61,981 nt of DNA from a virus (taxonomy: Duplodnaviria > Caudoviricetes): positions 1 through 61,981 of the IMG/VR virus record IMGVR_UViG_3300033076_000890; one strand, 5' to 3'. The stretch's first letter is position 1. The number at the start of each line of letters is the position of its first letter. The position numbers were made by a program, and so were the translations under genes. The notes beneath the pieces were generated by a model, which worked only from the letters and a program-made list of their open reading frames with translations, searched no databases and was not told the origin of the DNA. This document shows positions 28,681-38,752 of the stretch, in pieces.

Positions 28681-31157
28681 CCCATCCTTTTGAATCGCTT
28701 TGGCAATGTTTCTGTTTTTAAAGCAGTATCTGCCAATGTAACATCTCTTTCAAACTGTCCGTTTGTTATATTGATAACATCATACTCCGCATTACCCGGA
28801 AGTACTTCTGATACGTTTCGCAACCTAAAAACAGGAAGCGTAAATGGTAAATCATATTTCTCAGTAGATTCTGCACAGAACGGAGAATACTCCGTGCCGT
28901 CAATTAATGGCATTACGTTTTCGTAATTGTCATTTATACACGTCTCAACATAGTAATTGCGAGTAATTGTTACAGGTGTTTCGTACACATCTACATGACT
29001 TGGTGTGTTTTCCCATGAGCCATTAGTAATATTTGTAATTTCATAGTCAATTAAAATTGGTGGATCAGAACCAAATATGTGCAATCTAAATGATGGCAAT
29101 GTAAATGGAAGATCGTATGTACCATATGAGTCAACACATGGAGGCAACACTTCCCAAGCGCACGTAAGATTTAAAATATTTTCGTAGTCAGGGCATAAAC
29201 ATTCAGGCGGAACATAATAATCTGCACTCAAGGAGGCAATTGCTGTAATTGCTGACGATCGAGTAAAACCCGGAGCTGAAGGATTTATGTTAATTGAAAA
29301 TACATTAGCTATGCCACGAATCAAAACTGTTCCATTAAATTGAACTGCACTATTAATAATCGCCACACCAGTTAGTGGTGTTACAAAATATGTAGGATTG
29401 ACAATTAAATAATTACTATTTATTGCGGCATTAATACGAATAGTAATGCTTACACTGAAAGACGCAATCCTAGATGACAAAGATGAGGCACCACGTATTA
29501 AACATGTTGGCGCAATGTTATTTTGTATTAAATATGATGCAGTACATACTGCGTAACACTCAATATGTAATTGAGCAAATTCAATTTGCAACAAGCTGTC
29601 AAGCGTTGCATTCCCAATAATTAAACAGTTGGCATCATAGCCAATTTCTTCATTAGGTTCTAACCTAGAACGACCATTTATTGCAGAATTTACTGGTATG
29701 TCTGTTTGAACAGTTGGTGTTGCGTTTATTACAGCATAGCCACTGATTGATGATGAACTGCTATACGTAACTACCGAGCTGACTATTGCGTATGCGTATA
29801 AGTCAGAATTTGATGGTCGTGTAAATGACGACTGTAAAGTAGCGTTACCATAGATATTACAGGTTAAAAATCGGGAATACGTTGAATCTAATCTAGCATA
29901 TCCAGATAACTGCGTATTACTACCAATGCCACCAACGCTATTAACAACAGCATATGCGGAAATAGAACTACTATTAAATTGCGTAAATGTGCTATTAACT
30001 ACGGCATAACCAATTACACCAATAAAGGATGGTCGATCAATGGTTGCGCTAACTGTTGATTTACCAAGTATGTCAATTTGCACATTGACATTTGTAGGTG
30101 GTGCATTAGTTGTATATGCATATCCAGATATTTGTGCAGATACAGAATACGAACCTGGAGCACTTAACGTGGATACTCCGCGTATGTCCGCAATACTGTT
30201 GTATGCATTATCAGCAATAAGTAATCCGCGCCCATTGATTGCAGTAGTGCGTTCAAATGTGGCAGAGCTATTTACTATTCCGTATCCAGTTATACTAGAT
30301 GCTGCATCACGCGTTATATTTGCACTGAGATTTGCCGTACCAGTAAGTTGCGATGACGCAGATGATAAAGATGACCCACTGGCTGTAACTAATGCATATG
30401 CAGAAATAGATGACGTTGATTGCCAGTTAATACTTGCACTAAGCAAACTATAGCCACGGATGTCGGAAGATAATAGGATGACCACATTTGATGACGTGGT
30501 TGCAACACCACGAATATCAGAAGACCCAACGTAATTACCGCTTGACGTTACGACGCCATAACCAGTTAATGATGAGGTGCCATTCCAGTTATATGCACCC
30601 GACATTGTGGCCACACCAAATATAGATGATGACCGTAGATTATCTATTGTTGATGTTGCTGTTAGTTGAGCATAACCACTAAGTGCTGATGTTTTATCAA
30701 GTTGTATAGATCCTTGAAGGAGTCCATATCCAGATATAGAAGTAGTTGCCGCATATGATCCATCAGCTTGTAATGTCGATTTACCAAATAAATCTGCGGT
30801 GGCAATACGTGTAATGTCTGCTTGTAATCTTGCATACCCAGAAAATGAAGATGTTGAATTAAAAATTACACTGGATGAAAGAGTGCTAACAGCTCTTATG
30901 TCTGATGTTAACTGTATTACTGGTTGCGCTTGTAATAGCGCTTTTCCAACTGTCTGACTTTCTCCTACGCGGGTAACTGTTCCAGATAAATTACTGTAAG
31001 CAGAAATAGAACAGGTACGCGGGAAACTGACATTAGCAGAAAGGGTACTAATGCCATTAAGGCTTGCTGATACCGCGTAGTTTCCTGTTAGCGGAGCAGC
31101 AAGCCTTGCAGCAATGAAGGCTATAGTTATATAGCCAGCACTATTTGGTATAGCCAC
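28671..31157 (-). CDS. repetitive beta-rich fibre-like structural protein
   Basis: Many ~20 aa repeats of S-x-I-x-G-Y-A-x-L-x-A; duplicated Cys-flanked C-terminal YDLPFTLP motif. Confidence 0.6.
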   Translation of the reverse strand: MAIPNSAGYITIAFIAARLAAPLTGNYAVSASLNGISTLSANVSFPRTCSISAYSNLSGTVTRVGESQTVGKALLQAQPVIQLTSDIRAVSTLSSSVIFNSTSSFSGYARLQADITRIATADLFGKSTLQADGSYAATTSISGYGLLQGSIQLDKTSALSGYAQLTATSTIDNLRSSSIFGVATMSGAYNWNGTSSLTGYGVVTSSGNYVGSSDIRGVATTSSNVVILLSSDIRGYSLLSASINWQSTSSISAYALVTASGSSLSSASSQLTGTANLSANITRDAASSITGYGIVNSSATFERTTAINGRGLLIADNAYNSIADIRGVSTLSAPGSYSVSAQISGYAYTTNAPPTNVNVQIDILGKSTVSATIDRPSFIGVIGYAVVNSTFTQFNSSSISAYAVVNSVGGIGSNTQLSGYARLDSTYSRFLTCNIYGNATLQSSFTRPSNSDLYAYAIVSSVVTYSSSSSISGYAVINATPTVQTDIPVNSAINGRSRLEPNEEIGYDANCLIIGNATLDSLLQIEFAQLHIECYAVCTASYLIQNNIAPTCLIRGASSLSSRIASFSVSITIRINAAINSNYLIVNPTYFVTPLTGVAIINSAVQFNGTVLIRGIANVFSININPSAPGFTRSSAITAIASLSADYYVPPECLCPDYENILNLTCAWEVLPPCVDSYGTYDLPFTLPSFRLHIFGSDPPILIDYEITNITNGSWENTPSHVDVYETPVTITRNYYVETCINDNYENVMPLIDGTEYSPFCAESTEKYDLPFTLPVFRLRNVSEVLPGNAEYDVINITNGQFERDVTLADTALKTETLPKRFKRMGCL

Positions 31158-31161
31158 AGTA

Positions 31162-31626
31162 TTAGTCTAACTGTACTGTAATTGCTCCAGCCGCAAACGT
31201 AATGGACTGTCCACTATTAAGTGTAACCGATCCACCAGTTAGCTCACCGTAGTACAACAAACTAGTGTCAGATGAAATTGTTGCACTTAACGTAGCGCTA
31301 GTACAAATTGCAATTCCTGTAATGCCAGCAATAGTTCCTGTGGCACTAAAAGAGATTGCGTTAATGTTTGCTAAAACTGGAGTGGCAGCGTCAGCATCAC
31401 CAGTAGATCCCTGTTTTTGAAAACATTGAGCTGCTGTTGCTGTAAATGCAATGCGGGATGTGTATCCAGATCCAGATGTAACTTCCGCCACTGTACTGTC
31501 AGTTAACGCGTTTGTTAATAACGCGAGATAAAGTGTTGCTCCACCAGTTGCCGTAAATGCTACACCACGAAGAGTAGAGTTTAAAACCTTTGCCTCTAAA
31601 TGGTTAGCGAATGCTGTATTTGCCAT
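31162..31626 (-). CDS. phage fibre-associated structural protein
   Basis: AFANHLEAKVLN...LYLALLT...EVTSGSGY.SR...LLYYGEL...ITFAAGAITVQLD, a widespread small virion family. Confidence 0.65.
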   Translation of the reverse strand: MANTAFANHLEAKVLNSTLRGVAFTATGGATLYLALLTNALTDSTVAEVTSGSGYTSRIAFTATAAQCFQKQGSTGDADAATPVLANINAISFSATGTIAGITGIAICTSATLSATISSDTSLLYYGELTGGSVTLNSGQSITFAAGAITVQLD

Positions 31627-31627
31627 G

Positions 31628-32446
31628 TCAACCTACCTTTACAATTGGAGATGCTGATCCGCTAGTTGTTATGGTAGCAGACCAAATCACAGTCGTATCA
31701 GATTCATTATATACATCAACTTGAGATCCTGTTGAAGCATCAATTTTATTACGCAAAATGCGTAACGCATTCCTGACCGTTCTGTCCGACGATGTAGTAG
31801 ACGTCTCGTTTCCTGAGCTGTCTAACTTCCGGGCAAGGATACCATCTGCAATTTCAGCAACTGCCGAGGCAGATAATTCAGCGTTGGTAATAGCATCAGT
31901 TGCAATTGCATTTGCATCAATTGCTCCTGCTGCAAATGAGGTGTTACTGATAGCTGAAGAACCAACAGTTCCGATTGTCTGACTGGACGAGATTGTGGTT
32001 CCAGTGAGTGCTAAAGCTGTAGTTGGAGAACCTACGTTAGCCCAATCAATGCCAGCTTCTCCACCAGTAGTAACATCAAGTTTACGACCAGCTGTAGTTG
32101 GATATAAAGCTGCTTGATTCCTAAGTGTAAACCTACCAACACATGATCCAACTACACTTACAGAATCAACTGTACCAGTAGTTATCACACACTCAAATGA
32201 TGAACCATCAGAATAAAATGTACCATCCAATGATGTATCGATTTTTACATGATTCAAACCAGTGACAGAATCAAAATCAACAGTTAATGTTACTCCAGTA
32301 GTCGATTGCGTAATACTGTCATCTTTATACACAGAAATTGCAGGTGTACCTGCTAATGTAAAACAAGCTCCTGTGGATGGTCTAAATGTTGTAAATTTGA
32401 AATTAATAACATTGGTTGTTGCGTAGTCGCCAAGATATTTACTCAT
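31628..32446 (-). CDS. fibre/stalk protein A (paralogue of 33770-34921)
   Basis: C-terminal IAD..L.R.LDSSG...RTVR.ALR..RNK shared with 33770-34921. Confidence 0.6.
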   Translation of the reverse strand: MSKYLGDYATTNVINFKFTTFRPSTGACFTLAGTPAISVYKDDSITQSTTGVTLTVDFDSVTGLNHVKIDTSLDGTFYSDGSSFECVITTGTVDSVSVVGSCVGRFTLRNQAALYPTTAGRKLDVTTGGEAGIDWANVGSPTTALALTGTTISSSQTIGTVGSSAISNTSFAAGAIDANAIATDAITNAELSASAVAEIADGILARKLDSSGNETSTTSSDRTVRNALRILRNKIDASTGSQVDVYNESDTTVIWSATITTSGSASPIVKVG

Positions 32447-33552
32447 CCTACATAACCTCCCAATGGATTTGCAGCTAATCCAGCATTAATAGGATTGTCC
32501 TCAGTAGATCCTACTGCTGGTGGTGATGGTCGCGTATAACCATACATGTCTGTTGCTGGAGCGCCAGTTGCTGTGCCATCGCCACTAACTACATTTGATA
32601 CATATGGCATCCAGAACGGTCTATTAGGAGTATTAAATAACGTGTTAGCACTAAAACCTAGACATGCGTTAACGTTTTGCAATGTGTTTAATCCTGTGGC
32701 TACATTAGATCTAGGACCTGTGTATCCAGATAACCTATTCCAATCCTCATCCATTTGACCAAGAGTGAATGCAACAAATGGAGTTGTTGCAAAAATAATA
32801 TATGTATTACGCACAGTGACGGATGCAGTTGTTGATCTATAGGTAGACGTATTTATCTGAATACTATTTGTGCCACCCCATAACGTGCAATTTGTTATAG
32901 TGATTCCACTTAATGTGCCTGTAGTGCCAGCAGAGTTCATGAATACGCATCTATTTGTCTGTGCTTGCATATAACAGTTTTGCACTGTTATATCCATATT
33001 TAAATCTCCAGATGTTGGAGCTGAACCTACAATAACTAAAGTGTCCGATCTGCCAACTAAAATGCAATTTTTAATAATGTGGCTACCACTGTTGTTAGAT
33101 GGAGATTCTAAACGACAACAGTTTGCACCAGTAGACACAAATACGCATCTGTCAATAACGTTGAAGCGTGATGTGGCTACACGCAAAGCATATCCAGAAC
33201 CACTTTCAAATCGTATGCCATAAAAATTTAAATAATTGCGAGACGATGTGTTGAGTGTGTCGGATGCTGACGGTGCTGCATCATCACCTGATGTAAATCC
33301 AGTTATCCTAACTTCACCTGCTGTACCAAATATAGCCCCATCAAAATCACCTTTGATGTACGTATTGGCAGTAGGATTTGTCATTGCTACTGTTACAGTT
33401 TCACGATAAACACCAGCTGCTATCCATAACGTGTCACCACTAGCAAAACCAGATGTTGCACCTAACGCGTACGCAATAGTAAGCCACGGAGCAGTTGTAG
33501 ACGTCCCTGCATTAGCATTAGATCCTGTCGTACTAACGTAATATGTAGCCAC
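32443..33552 (-). CDS. right-handed beta-helix (pectin lyase-like) receptor-binding/depolymerase protein
   Basis: ATYYVSTTGSNANAGTS..APWLTI...GDTLWIAAGVYRE start; I.NC repeats; TDMYGYTRPSPPAVGS end. Confidence 0.75.
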   Translation of the reverse strand: MATYYVSTTGSNANAGTSTTAPWLTIAYALGATSGFASGDTLWIAAGVYRETVTVAMTNPTANTYIKGDFDGAIFGTAGEVRITGFTSGDDAAPSASDTLNTSSRNYLNFYGIRFESGSGYALRVATSRFNVIDRCVFVSTGANCCRLESPSNNSGSHIIKNCILVGRSDTLVIVGSAPTSGDLNMDITVQNCYMQAQTNRCVFMNSAGTTGTLSGITITNCTLWGGTNSIQINTSTYRSTTASVTVRNTYIIFATTPFVAFTLGQMDEDWNRLSGYTGPRSNVATGLNTLQNVNACLGFSANTLFNTPNRPFWMPYVSNVVSGDGTATGAPATDMYGYTRPSPPAVGSTEDNPINAGLAANPLGGYVG

Positions 33553-33770
33553 TAATCATTACCTACAATTTGTTTACCGATAACAGCAGAAAATAGTAAT
33601 ACGTATTCACGCTGAAATTCTTCTGGTTGACTATTCCACCATTGATTAACAGATAAGCCATCTACTCCAAAATCATGCACAACATTTCCTGCGTCATCCT
33701 GTATTGTCCCTTTTATTAACCAATCAGGAACAGGAGATGTAATATGCTCAAACGTAACCATCATATTCAT
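33552..33770 (-). CDS. hypothetical protein (possible fibre chaperone)
   Basis: 72 aa, translationally coupled at both ends, inside the fibre cluster. Confidence 0.6.
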   Translation of the reverse strand: MNMMVTFEHITSPVPDWLIKGTIQDDAGNVVHDFGVDGLSVNQWWNSQPEEFQREYVLLFSAVIGKQIVGND

Positions 33771-34921
33771 TAACTGCCACCCGTTGGATTAACTGTAACA
33801 TCTGCCGTATTTGATAACGTACCTGTCCATGCAGTAGTTGCATCATCCTCTTTATATACAGTCATTGTGCCAGATCCGACACTAACTTTGTTTCGCATTG
33901 CGCGTAATGCGGACCGAACCGTTCTTTCGTCTGTTGTGTCAGTCCCGCTGCCACTACTGTCTAAGTTGCGACTTAAAACAGCATCCGCAATTTGTACTGC
34001 GGTTGGTGGTGTTGCGCCACCAGTAAGTTCTGTAACATATGTGGCATCCGTTGCAGCAGCAGTTAATACATCATTCTGAAATGCGTGTACATCAGCAGCA
34101 ATGTGATTTGAACCCGTAACGGCACATGTAGACTGTGATGTAGTTGACCGCAATAATCTCTGACCAAAACTGTTTGCAACAGTATAAGAACTAAGCAATG
34201 CATCCCAGACAGCAGACGCAGTTTGGCCAGCAGTTAAAGGCGCCGTAGTCAATGAGTATCCAGTCTTGTCATTATTTGTTGTAACAGTTACACCAGTAGT
34301 CACTGAATTGACAGCTCCTGTAACTGATCCTACACTTCCAGTTGTACTAAATGTTTGTGACGTAGCAAGGGAAAATCCAGTCTTGTCACCAACCAGTACT
34401 GAAGCACCGATATCACGAGCAGTTTGTGCTGTACCATTAATCTGCAATACGTTTACAGCGCCAGCAGCATTAACTGATAGTGGAACACCACCTGATGCTC
34501 CAGCAGTTGCGTTTGGCAAAGCAGTCATACCCATACGCACAGAATCATCTGGATTGAATTGAACTATCTGATATTCCAATACAACTGGAGCCATGTTTGT
34601 AGCGCCTTTTAAAATTAAAATAGCTTTATCAGTATTTGCAACAGAAAATAATCCATTCGGCACGTCAAATCTATAGATGCCCGGCATATTTGTATTATCT
34701 ACGGCAATAAAACCGCCTGATGAATATGCTGCAGTTGCACTAGCTAATGTGACCAATGTTATATTTGTGCGAGCACCTCGTTCAACACAATAATCAGCAG
34801 TTAATCCAGCAGAGTTAAACAATAGATTAGCAAGACCAGCTCCTGTTGTACTTGATGAATCTTGAATAAATATGTATTCCGATCGCGATGTATTATTAGC
34901 CTGTACAAGATGTTTAGCCAT
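33770..34921 (-). CDS. fibre/stalk protein B
   Basis: T/S/G/A-rich; repeated DKTG(F/Y)SL; C-terminus paralogous to 31628-32446. Confidence 0.6.
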   Translation of the reverse strand: MAKHLVQANNTSRSEYIFIQDSSSTTGAGLANLLFNSAGLTADYCVERGARTNITLVTLASATAAYSSGGFIAVDNTNMPGIYRFDVPNGLFSVANTDKAILILKGATNMAPVVLEYQIVQFNPDDSVRMGMTALPNATAGASGGVPLSVNAAGAVNVLQINGTAQTARDIGASVLVGDKTGFSLATSQTFSTTGSVGSVTGAVNSVTTGVTVTTNNDKTGYSLTTAPLTAGQTASAVWDALLSSYTVANSFGQRLLRSTTSQSTCAVTGSNHIAADVHAFQNDVLTAAATDATYVTELTGGATPPTAVQIADAVLSRNLDSSGSGTDTTDERTVRSALRAMRNKVSVGSGTMTVYKEDDATTAWTGTLSNTADVTVNPTGGS

Positions 34922-36059
34922 TTATCCCTCCACTTAATCCGGGATGTACTTTCATACCACTAGTTGATGTACCTGCGTCCAAAGCAACTACAATTGCTTG
35001 CATTGCAAATAATTGGTTAGTGTTCTCAGTCCAAGCACCAGCATTAGTCCTAGACGTGTACTGTACATCTGATGCTGTACCAACAATTGCCGTCTTATCT
35101 CCATCAGCTCTAAATGTAAAATATTGCACTGGACCCATTGCTGTTGTAGTAGACGGGCGAACAACTAATCTATAAAATGATCCAGCCGTTAAAGTTGGCA
35201 ATGTTGCACCTGTAAAGTTATATCTATAACATCCATGAGTAGTCTGATTTTGTTGATCAACGTCTACTGTAACAGATGCTAATACAGTAGTTCCATTAGT
35301 ATCATAAAGTAACACGTCAAAGTTAGTTGCAACTAAACACCCTAGACGTATGCCAGCTACTTGATATGTGCTACATGATCCCGTTGGCAATCTGAAATAC
35401 ATGCCATATTCGTCTGGTGTAGAACCACTATTATTATTTAACGACGTAACTGTTTCATATGGTAGTCCATACGTTTTAGTAGATGTTCTATATAGAAACG
35501 TTGGGCAGTCAACTGTATTGTCAGCATATGTAGACGCCGTAATACCGCCACAATAAGGAAAATTAAATGATGGATATGTGCTTGTAAAACCTGACCGTAT
35601 GTTTATAAAATTACTAGTGTCCCATGTTCCACTAACTGGGTCTGCACATATTCCAAATACAGTACCTCTAGAAATTGTTACAGCTGTTGTCAATGTAGCA
35701 ATTAAATTTTGGTTAATAGTAATACCTGATGTTGCATTAAAGTCTTGATATGCAGTTCCGGAACCTCCGCTAAAAGTAGCGTCTGCCCATGTTGGAGTTG
35801 GTGAAGTTGTCGGAAAACCTGTTGTAGCATCAATATACGTTATTCCAACTCTTAGGCCTGTTGCTGTATTTCCGGGTGATCCAGTTCTAGTTGTTACATG
35901 AAATCCAACAGCAGTGATAGTAACAGTTTCTTCAGCTTGACATATCCATACCTGCGCATCACTTGTTCCATTGATAGCAATATTAGCTGCAGCAGTTATT
36001 GCTCCACCTTGAGGCATTATGACTTTTGGATATAAAAAGTCGATTTCTGTTAGTGCCAT
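34914..36059 (-). CDS. putative receptor-binding beta-sandwich protein
   Basis: T-rich 381 aa; ends in GMKVHPGLSGGING. Confidence 0.55.
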   Translation of the reverse strand: MALTEIDFLYPKVIMPQGGAITAAANIAINGTSDAQVWICQAEETVTITAVGFHVTTRTGSPGNTATGLRVGITYIDATTGFPTTSPTPTWADATFSGGSGTAYQDFNATSGITINQNLIATLTTAVTISRGTVFGICADPVSGTWDTSNFINIRSGFTSTYPSFNFPYCGGITASTYADNTVDCPTFLYRTSTKTYGLPYETVTSLNNNSGSTPDEYGMYFRLPTGSCSTYQVAGIRLGCLVATNFDVLLYDTNGTTVLASVTVDVDQQNQTTHGCYRYNFTGATLPTLTAGSFYRLVVRPSTTTAMGPVQYFTFRADGDKTAIVGTASDVQYTSRTNAGAWTENTNQLFAMQAIVVALDAGTSTSGMKVHPGLSGGING

Positions 36060-36343
36060 TAGTTTTCAATTTTCTTTATGTATTTTTCAGAAATTACGTG
36101 AAATAGTTGCACTGACCTTAGACCAAGTGTCCCTAGCAAAAACGACAACCCGACCATTTCTTCCGGTGTTTTCCATCCAATCCTATGAGCAACAATTGGT
36201 GTCAAGTAAATTGCGGACATTGCTCCAACAAACACAGTCAATAATCCTTGAAATACTGTTTTTACTTTTGGCCAGTCGGTTCCAGCAATAGCACCAGCTA
36301 GACCTGCTAAAAACTGATTAATGTCTATGTGCAGTTTATCCAT
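36059..36343 (-). CDS. holin-like membrane protein
   Basis: Three hydrophobic segments (FLAGLAGAIAG, VFVGAMSAIYLTP, LSFLLGTLG), basic C-terminus; likely start MDKLH at 36343. Confidence 0.7.
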   Translation of the reverse strand: MDKLHIDINQFLAGLAGAIAGTDWPKVKTVFQGLLTVFVGAMSAIYLTPIVAHRIGWKTPEEMVGLSFLLGTLGLRSVQLFHVISEKYIKKIEN

Positions 36344-36632
36344 CAAGGTTCCTCGTCGTTTCACTGACTTTTTTCACCTCCGGTAACTTTGTAGAGAACA
36401 CTGGTAGGTTACTATCTTGTCGCATAAAGAAGGCAATCAACGCAGTTGTCATTGCCGGTATACCAGCACGTATGCCTTCTATGCTACACAAAAGTAGTGC
36501 GCGAGTCACCGTTCCAAATGAAGCTGTATCAGCAATGTGTTGTGATTTCCATGCAGCATCAAATTCAGGAGCAGCACTGGCAGTAAATGCACCTAATGCA
36601 ATGAGGATTAATCGACCCCATGCGATATTCAT
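36336..36632 (-). CDS. small membrane protein (lysis accessory?)
   Basis: Hydrophobic N-terminus and TALIAFFMR helix; adjacent to the holin. Confidence 0.55.
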   Translation of the reverse strand: MNIAWGRLILIALGAFTASAAPEFDAAWKSQHIADTASFGTVTRALLLCSIEGIRAGIPAMTTALIAFFMRQDSNLPVFSTKLPEVKKVSETTRNLDG

Positions 36633-37546
36633 TATTTTCCACCACTTACAACAGGAGGAATGCTAAAAATACCATTAGGAGTTTTATACGATGAATCCAA
36701 CCTAGCCCATAATTGCATGCGGACTTGATCGTAATAGTCACCCCAAAATGCACGTCCAACAATAGATGGGTCATCATAATTTTTTAATGCAATTTTCCGT
36801 GCTGCATACGCTGGCAACGCTTGCATTAAAAGATCATCGCTAATAAACGAGTACGTTCCACCATAAACTGTAAACGTACCGCCTGTTCCTCCTGTCGGAG
36901 TTATAGCAGTACCACCTACGGTACTAGATATTTGAAATTGCGTTGAACTAAGAGATGTTGCTAATACATAATAAGTCGCGCCAGCAGTTATATTTGTGAC
37001 AGTAGAACTATCAAAAATTACTACTTGACCAGCAGTAAACGTATTTACTCCACTAATAGTTGGATTAGTTAAAGTTACTGTTGCAGATACACTCGTCAAT
37101 GGATTAGGCAATCCAGCACCACGAGCGGTAAATGCCGTATTAGTTGATGGAACTGGATAGAAGCCAATGTTGTTATATCCAGCCTCATACCAATGAGTCG
37201 GTGTTCCAGACGTATATGTATACGCTAAGTCGTAAGAACGTAATTCATTTTCTCCACAATGCAAAATTGCGGATGTGCCAATATGTAAAGTTATTGGTGC
37301 TACTAATGTTGAATTACTAAAATCATAAGTGCGACCAGTGTGAGTAGATACAGTCAGTACAGTAGGTAAATAAACACATGTGCGACACATATCGTAAGCT
37401 GCGTCATTAAGATACTGAAAAATGGCAGCACTATTTGTAGATGTCGTACCTCCAACGCCATCCGGTATTTCAGCAATTACTGAATCTCCAGTTTCATTAA
37501 GCAACCTGAGTGTTTCGTTTTTTAAATCGGTAAAACCCTTAGCCAT
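36632..37546 (-). CDS. head-tail adaptor protein 2 with inserted beta domain
   Basis: LKNETLRLLNE...IFQYLNDA...GTPTHWY...IGFYPVP adaptor pattern; insertion FTAGQVV...AGATYYV...FQIS. Confidence 0.65.
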   Translation of the reverse strand: MAKGFTDLKNETLRLLNETGDSVIAEIPDGVGGTTSTNSAAIFQYLNDAAYDMCRTCVYLPTVLTVSTHTGRTYDFSNSTLVAPITLHIGTSAILHCGENELRSYDLAYTYTSGTPTHWYEAGYNNIGFYPVPSTNTAFTARGAGLPNPLTSVSATVTLTNPTISGVNTFTAGQVVIFDSSTVTNITAGATYYVLATSLSSTQFQISSTVGGTAITPTGGTGGTFTVYGGTYSFISDDLLMQALPAYAARKIALKNYDDPSIVGRAFWGDYYDQVRMQLWARLDSSYKTPNGIFSIPPVVSGGK

Positions 37547-38193
37547 TATCGTGTTCTCCTAGCATATGTACTTGCATAATTTTCTACCATAGCAAGTCGT
37601 TGTAGGTACTCTGGCTTAAATATTTGCATTCCATTAGGATCGGCCATCTGCATAGCTCTAGCTTGCAATACTGCATAAACTAAACAGTCATGTGCTACTT
37701 CTGGAAGTGGGCATTCAGTAGCATCAGTATTTGGAATTGCATTTCCTGCACTGTCATACGCCCAATAATCTCCGGGTTGAGCATATCCTTCTAAAAGAAG
37801 GCCATTATTAATCGTTGTTGTAACTGCTGGATAAACACTTATGTTATTCATGCCACGTAACACAACAACCTCAGGACGTGCGTCATCGGGTAAATTTCTC
37901 CAATTATCAACGTACTGATTACTGTAATCAAAAATACGCACCTGTTGATATTCATTATTTGTATCTAATATTTTAATGACTTTAATTCTATATATATCTG
38001 GGGCGCAATAATCTTTAACTGTTGCTGTCAAGTCTAAAAAACGGCGGCCAACCAGACAGTCAGTTTGTCTGGCTATCTGGTTGGCCTGTTCAATAATTAA
38101 ATAATCTAGACCAAATGGATCACGATCTGCATCAGTGCCAAAGTAATTTCTACCCAGCATCCTTACATTTCGTTTAATTTGGCCTAGATTCAT
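37546..38193 (-). CDS. head-tail adaptor protein 1
   Basis: MNLGQIKRNVR...ISVYPAV...PLPEVAHDCLVYAVL adaptor pattern. Confidence 0.7.
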   Translation of the reverse strand: MNLGQIKRNVRMLGRNYFGTDADRDPFGLDYLIIEQANQIARQTDCLVGRRFLDLTATVKDYCAPDIYRIKVIKILDTNNEYQQVRIFDYSNQYVDNWRNLPDDARPEVVVLRGMNNISVYPAVTTTINNGLLLEGYAQPGDYWAYDSAGNAIPNTDATECPLPEVAHDCLVYAVLQARAMQMADPNGMQIFKPEYLQRLAMVENYASTYARRTR

Positions 38194-38195
38194 AA

Positions 38196-38741
38196 TTAAA
38201 GGTTACCTTCGCGTCCGGTCTGTAAATGCATCTGAGTAATGTTTACAGCAGCTCCAGATCGGTTTGTTGTTGCTGTAATTACCATCTTTACAAACTTTGC
38301 GTAGGACTGCAATGGCACAATGACAATACCAGCACCTGTTGCAGCAGCAGCCGTATACACAGTAGATGCTAAAACAGTTGTAGTACTTGGCGTAAAACCA
38401 GCAGTGTCTGATCCATGCAATGCAACTGTAAACGTATCAGCTGCCGTTACACCTGTATGGTTTAAACCAACACGTAAATATAACGGATTTAAAATCTGAC
38501 CACGCACGTAATCTGCGCTTGTCACAGATCCATCCTGATTGTTATCCATCACTGCACCAGATACGCCGTTGGTTAATAAACCACCGTAGTTAAGGTCATT
38601 TGATGTGATTGCAGGAGAACCAGTTGTTGATGCGTTCATTGCTGCAGACACAGCACCATTGCTGGAAGCTGTGGTAACGGCCATTACACCAGCACCTGCG
38701 GTTTGCACTGGAACGGAAAATGTAAGTTTAGCGTCTCTCAT
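38196..38741 (-). CDS. capsid cement/decoration protein (Bbp16-like)
   Basis: MRDAKLTFS...PLYLRV...TVALHGSDTAGF...KFVKM; immediately after the capsid gene. Confidence 0.6.
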   Translation of the reverse strand: MRDAKLTFSVPVQTAGAGVMAVTTASSNGAVSAAMNASTTGSPAITSNDLNYGGLLTNGVSGAVMDNNQDGSVTSADYVRGQILNPLYLRVGLNHTGVTAADTFTVALHGSDTAGFTPSTTTVLASTVYTAAAATGAGIVIVPLQSYAKFVKMVITATTNRSGAAVNITQMHLQTGREGNL

Positions 38742-38752
38742 TGTTTATCTCC

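Noticed and set aside
28671-36059. Diversity-generating retroelement or invertible fibre cassette
   Set aside because: No reverse transcriptase, TR/VR pair or invertase seen; fibre paralogy is evident mainly at the protein level
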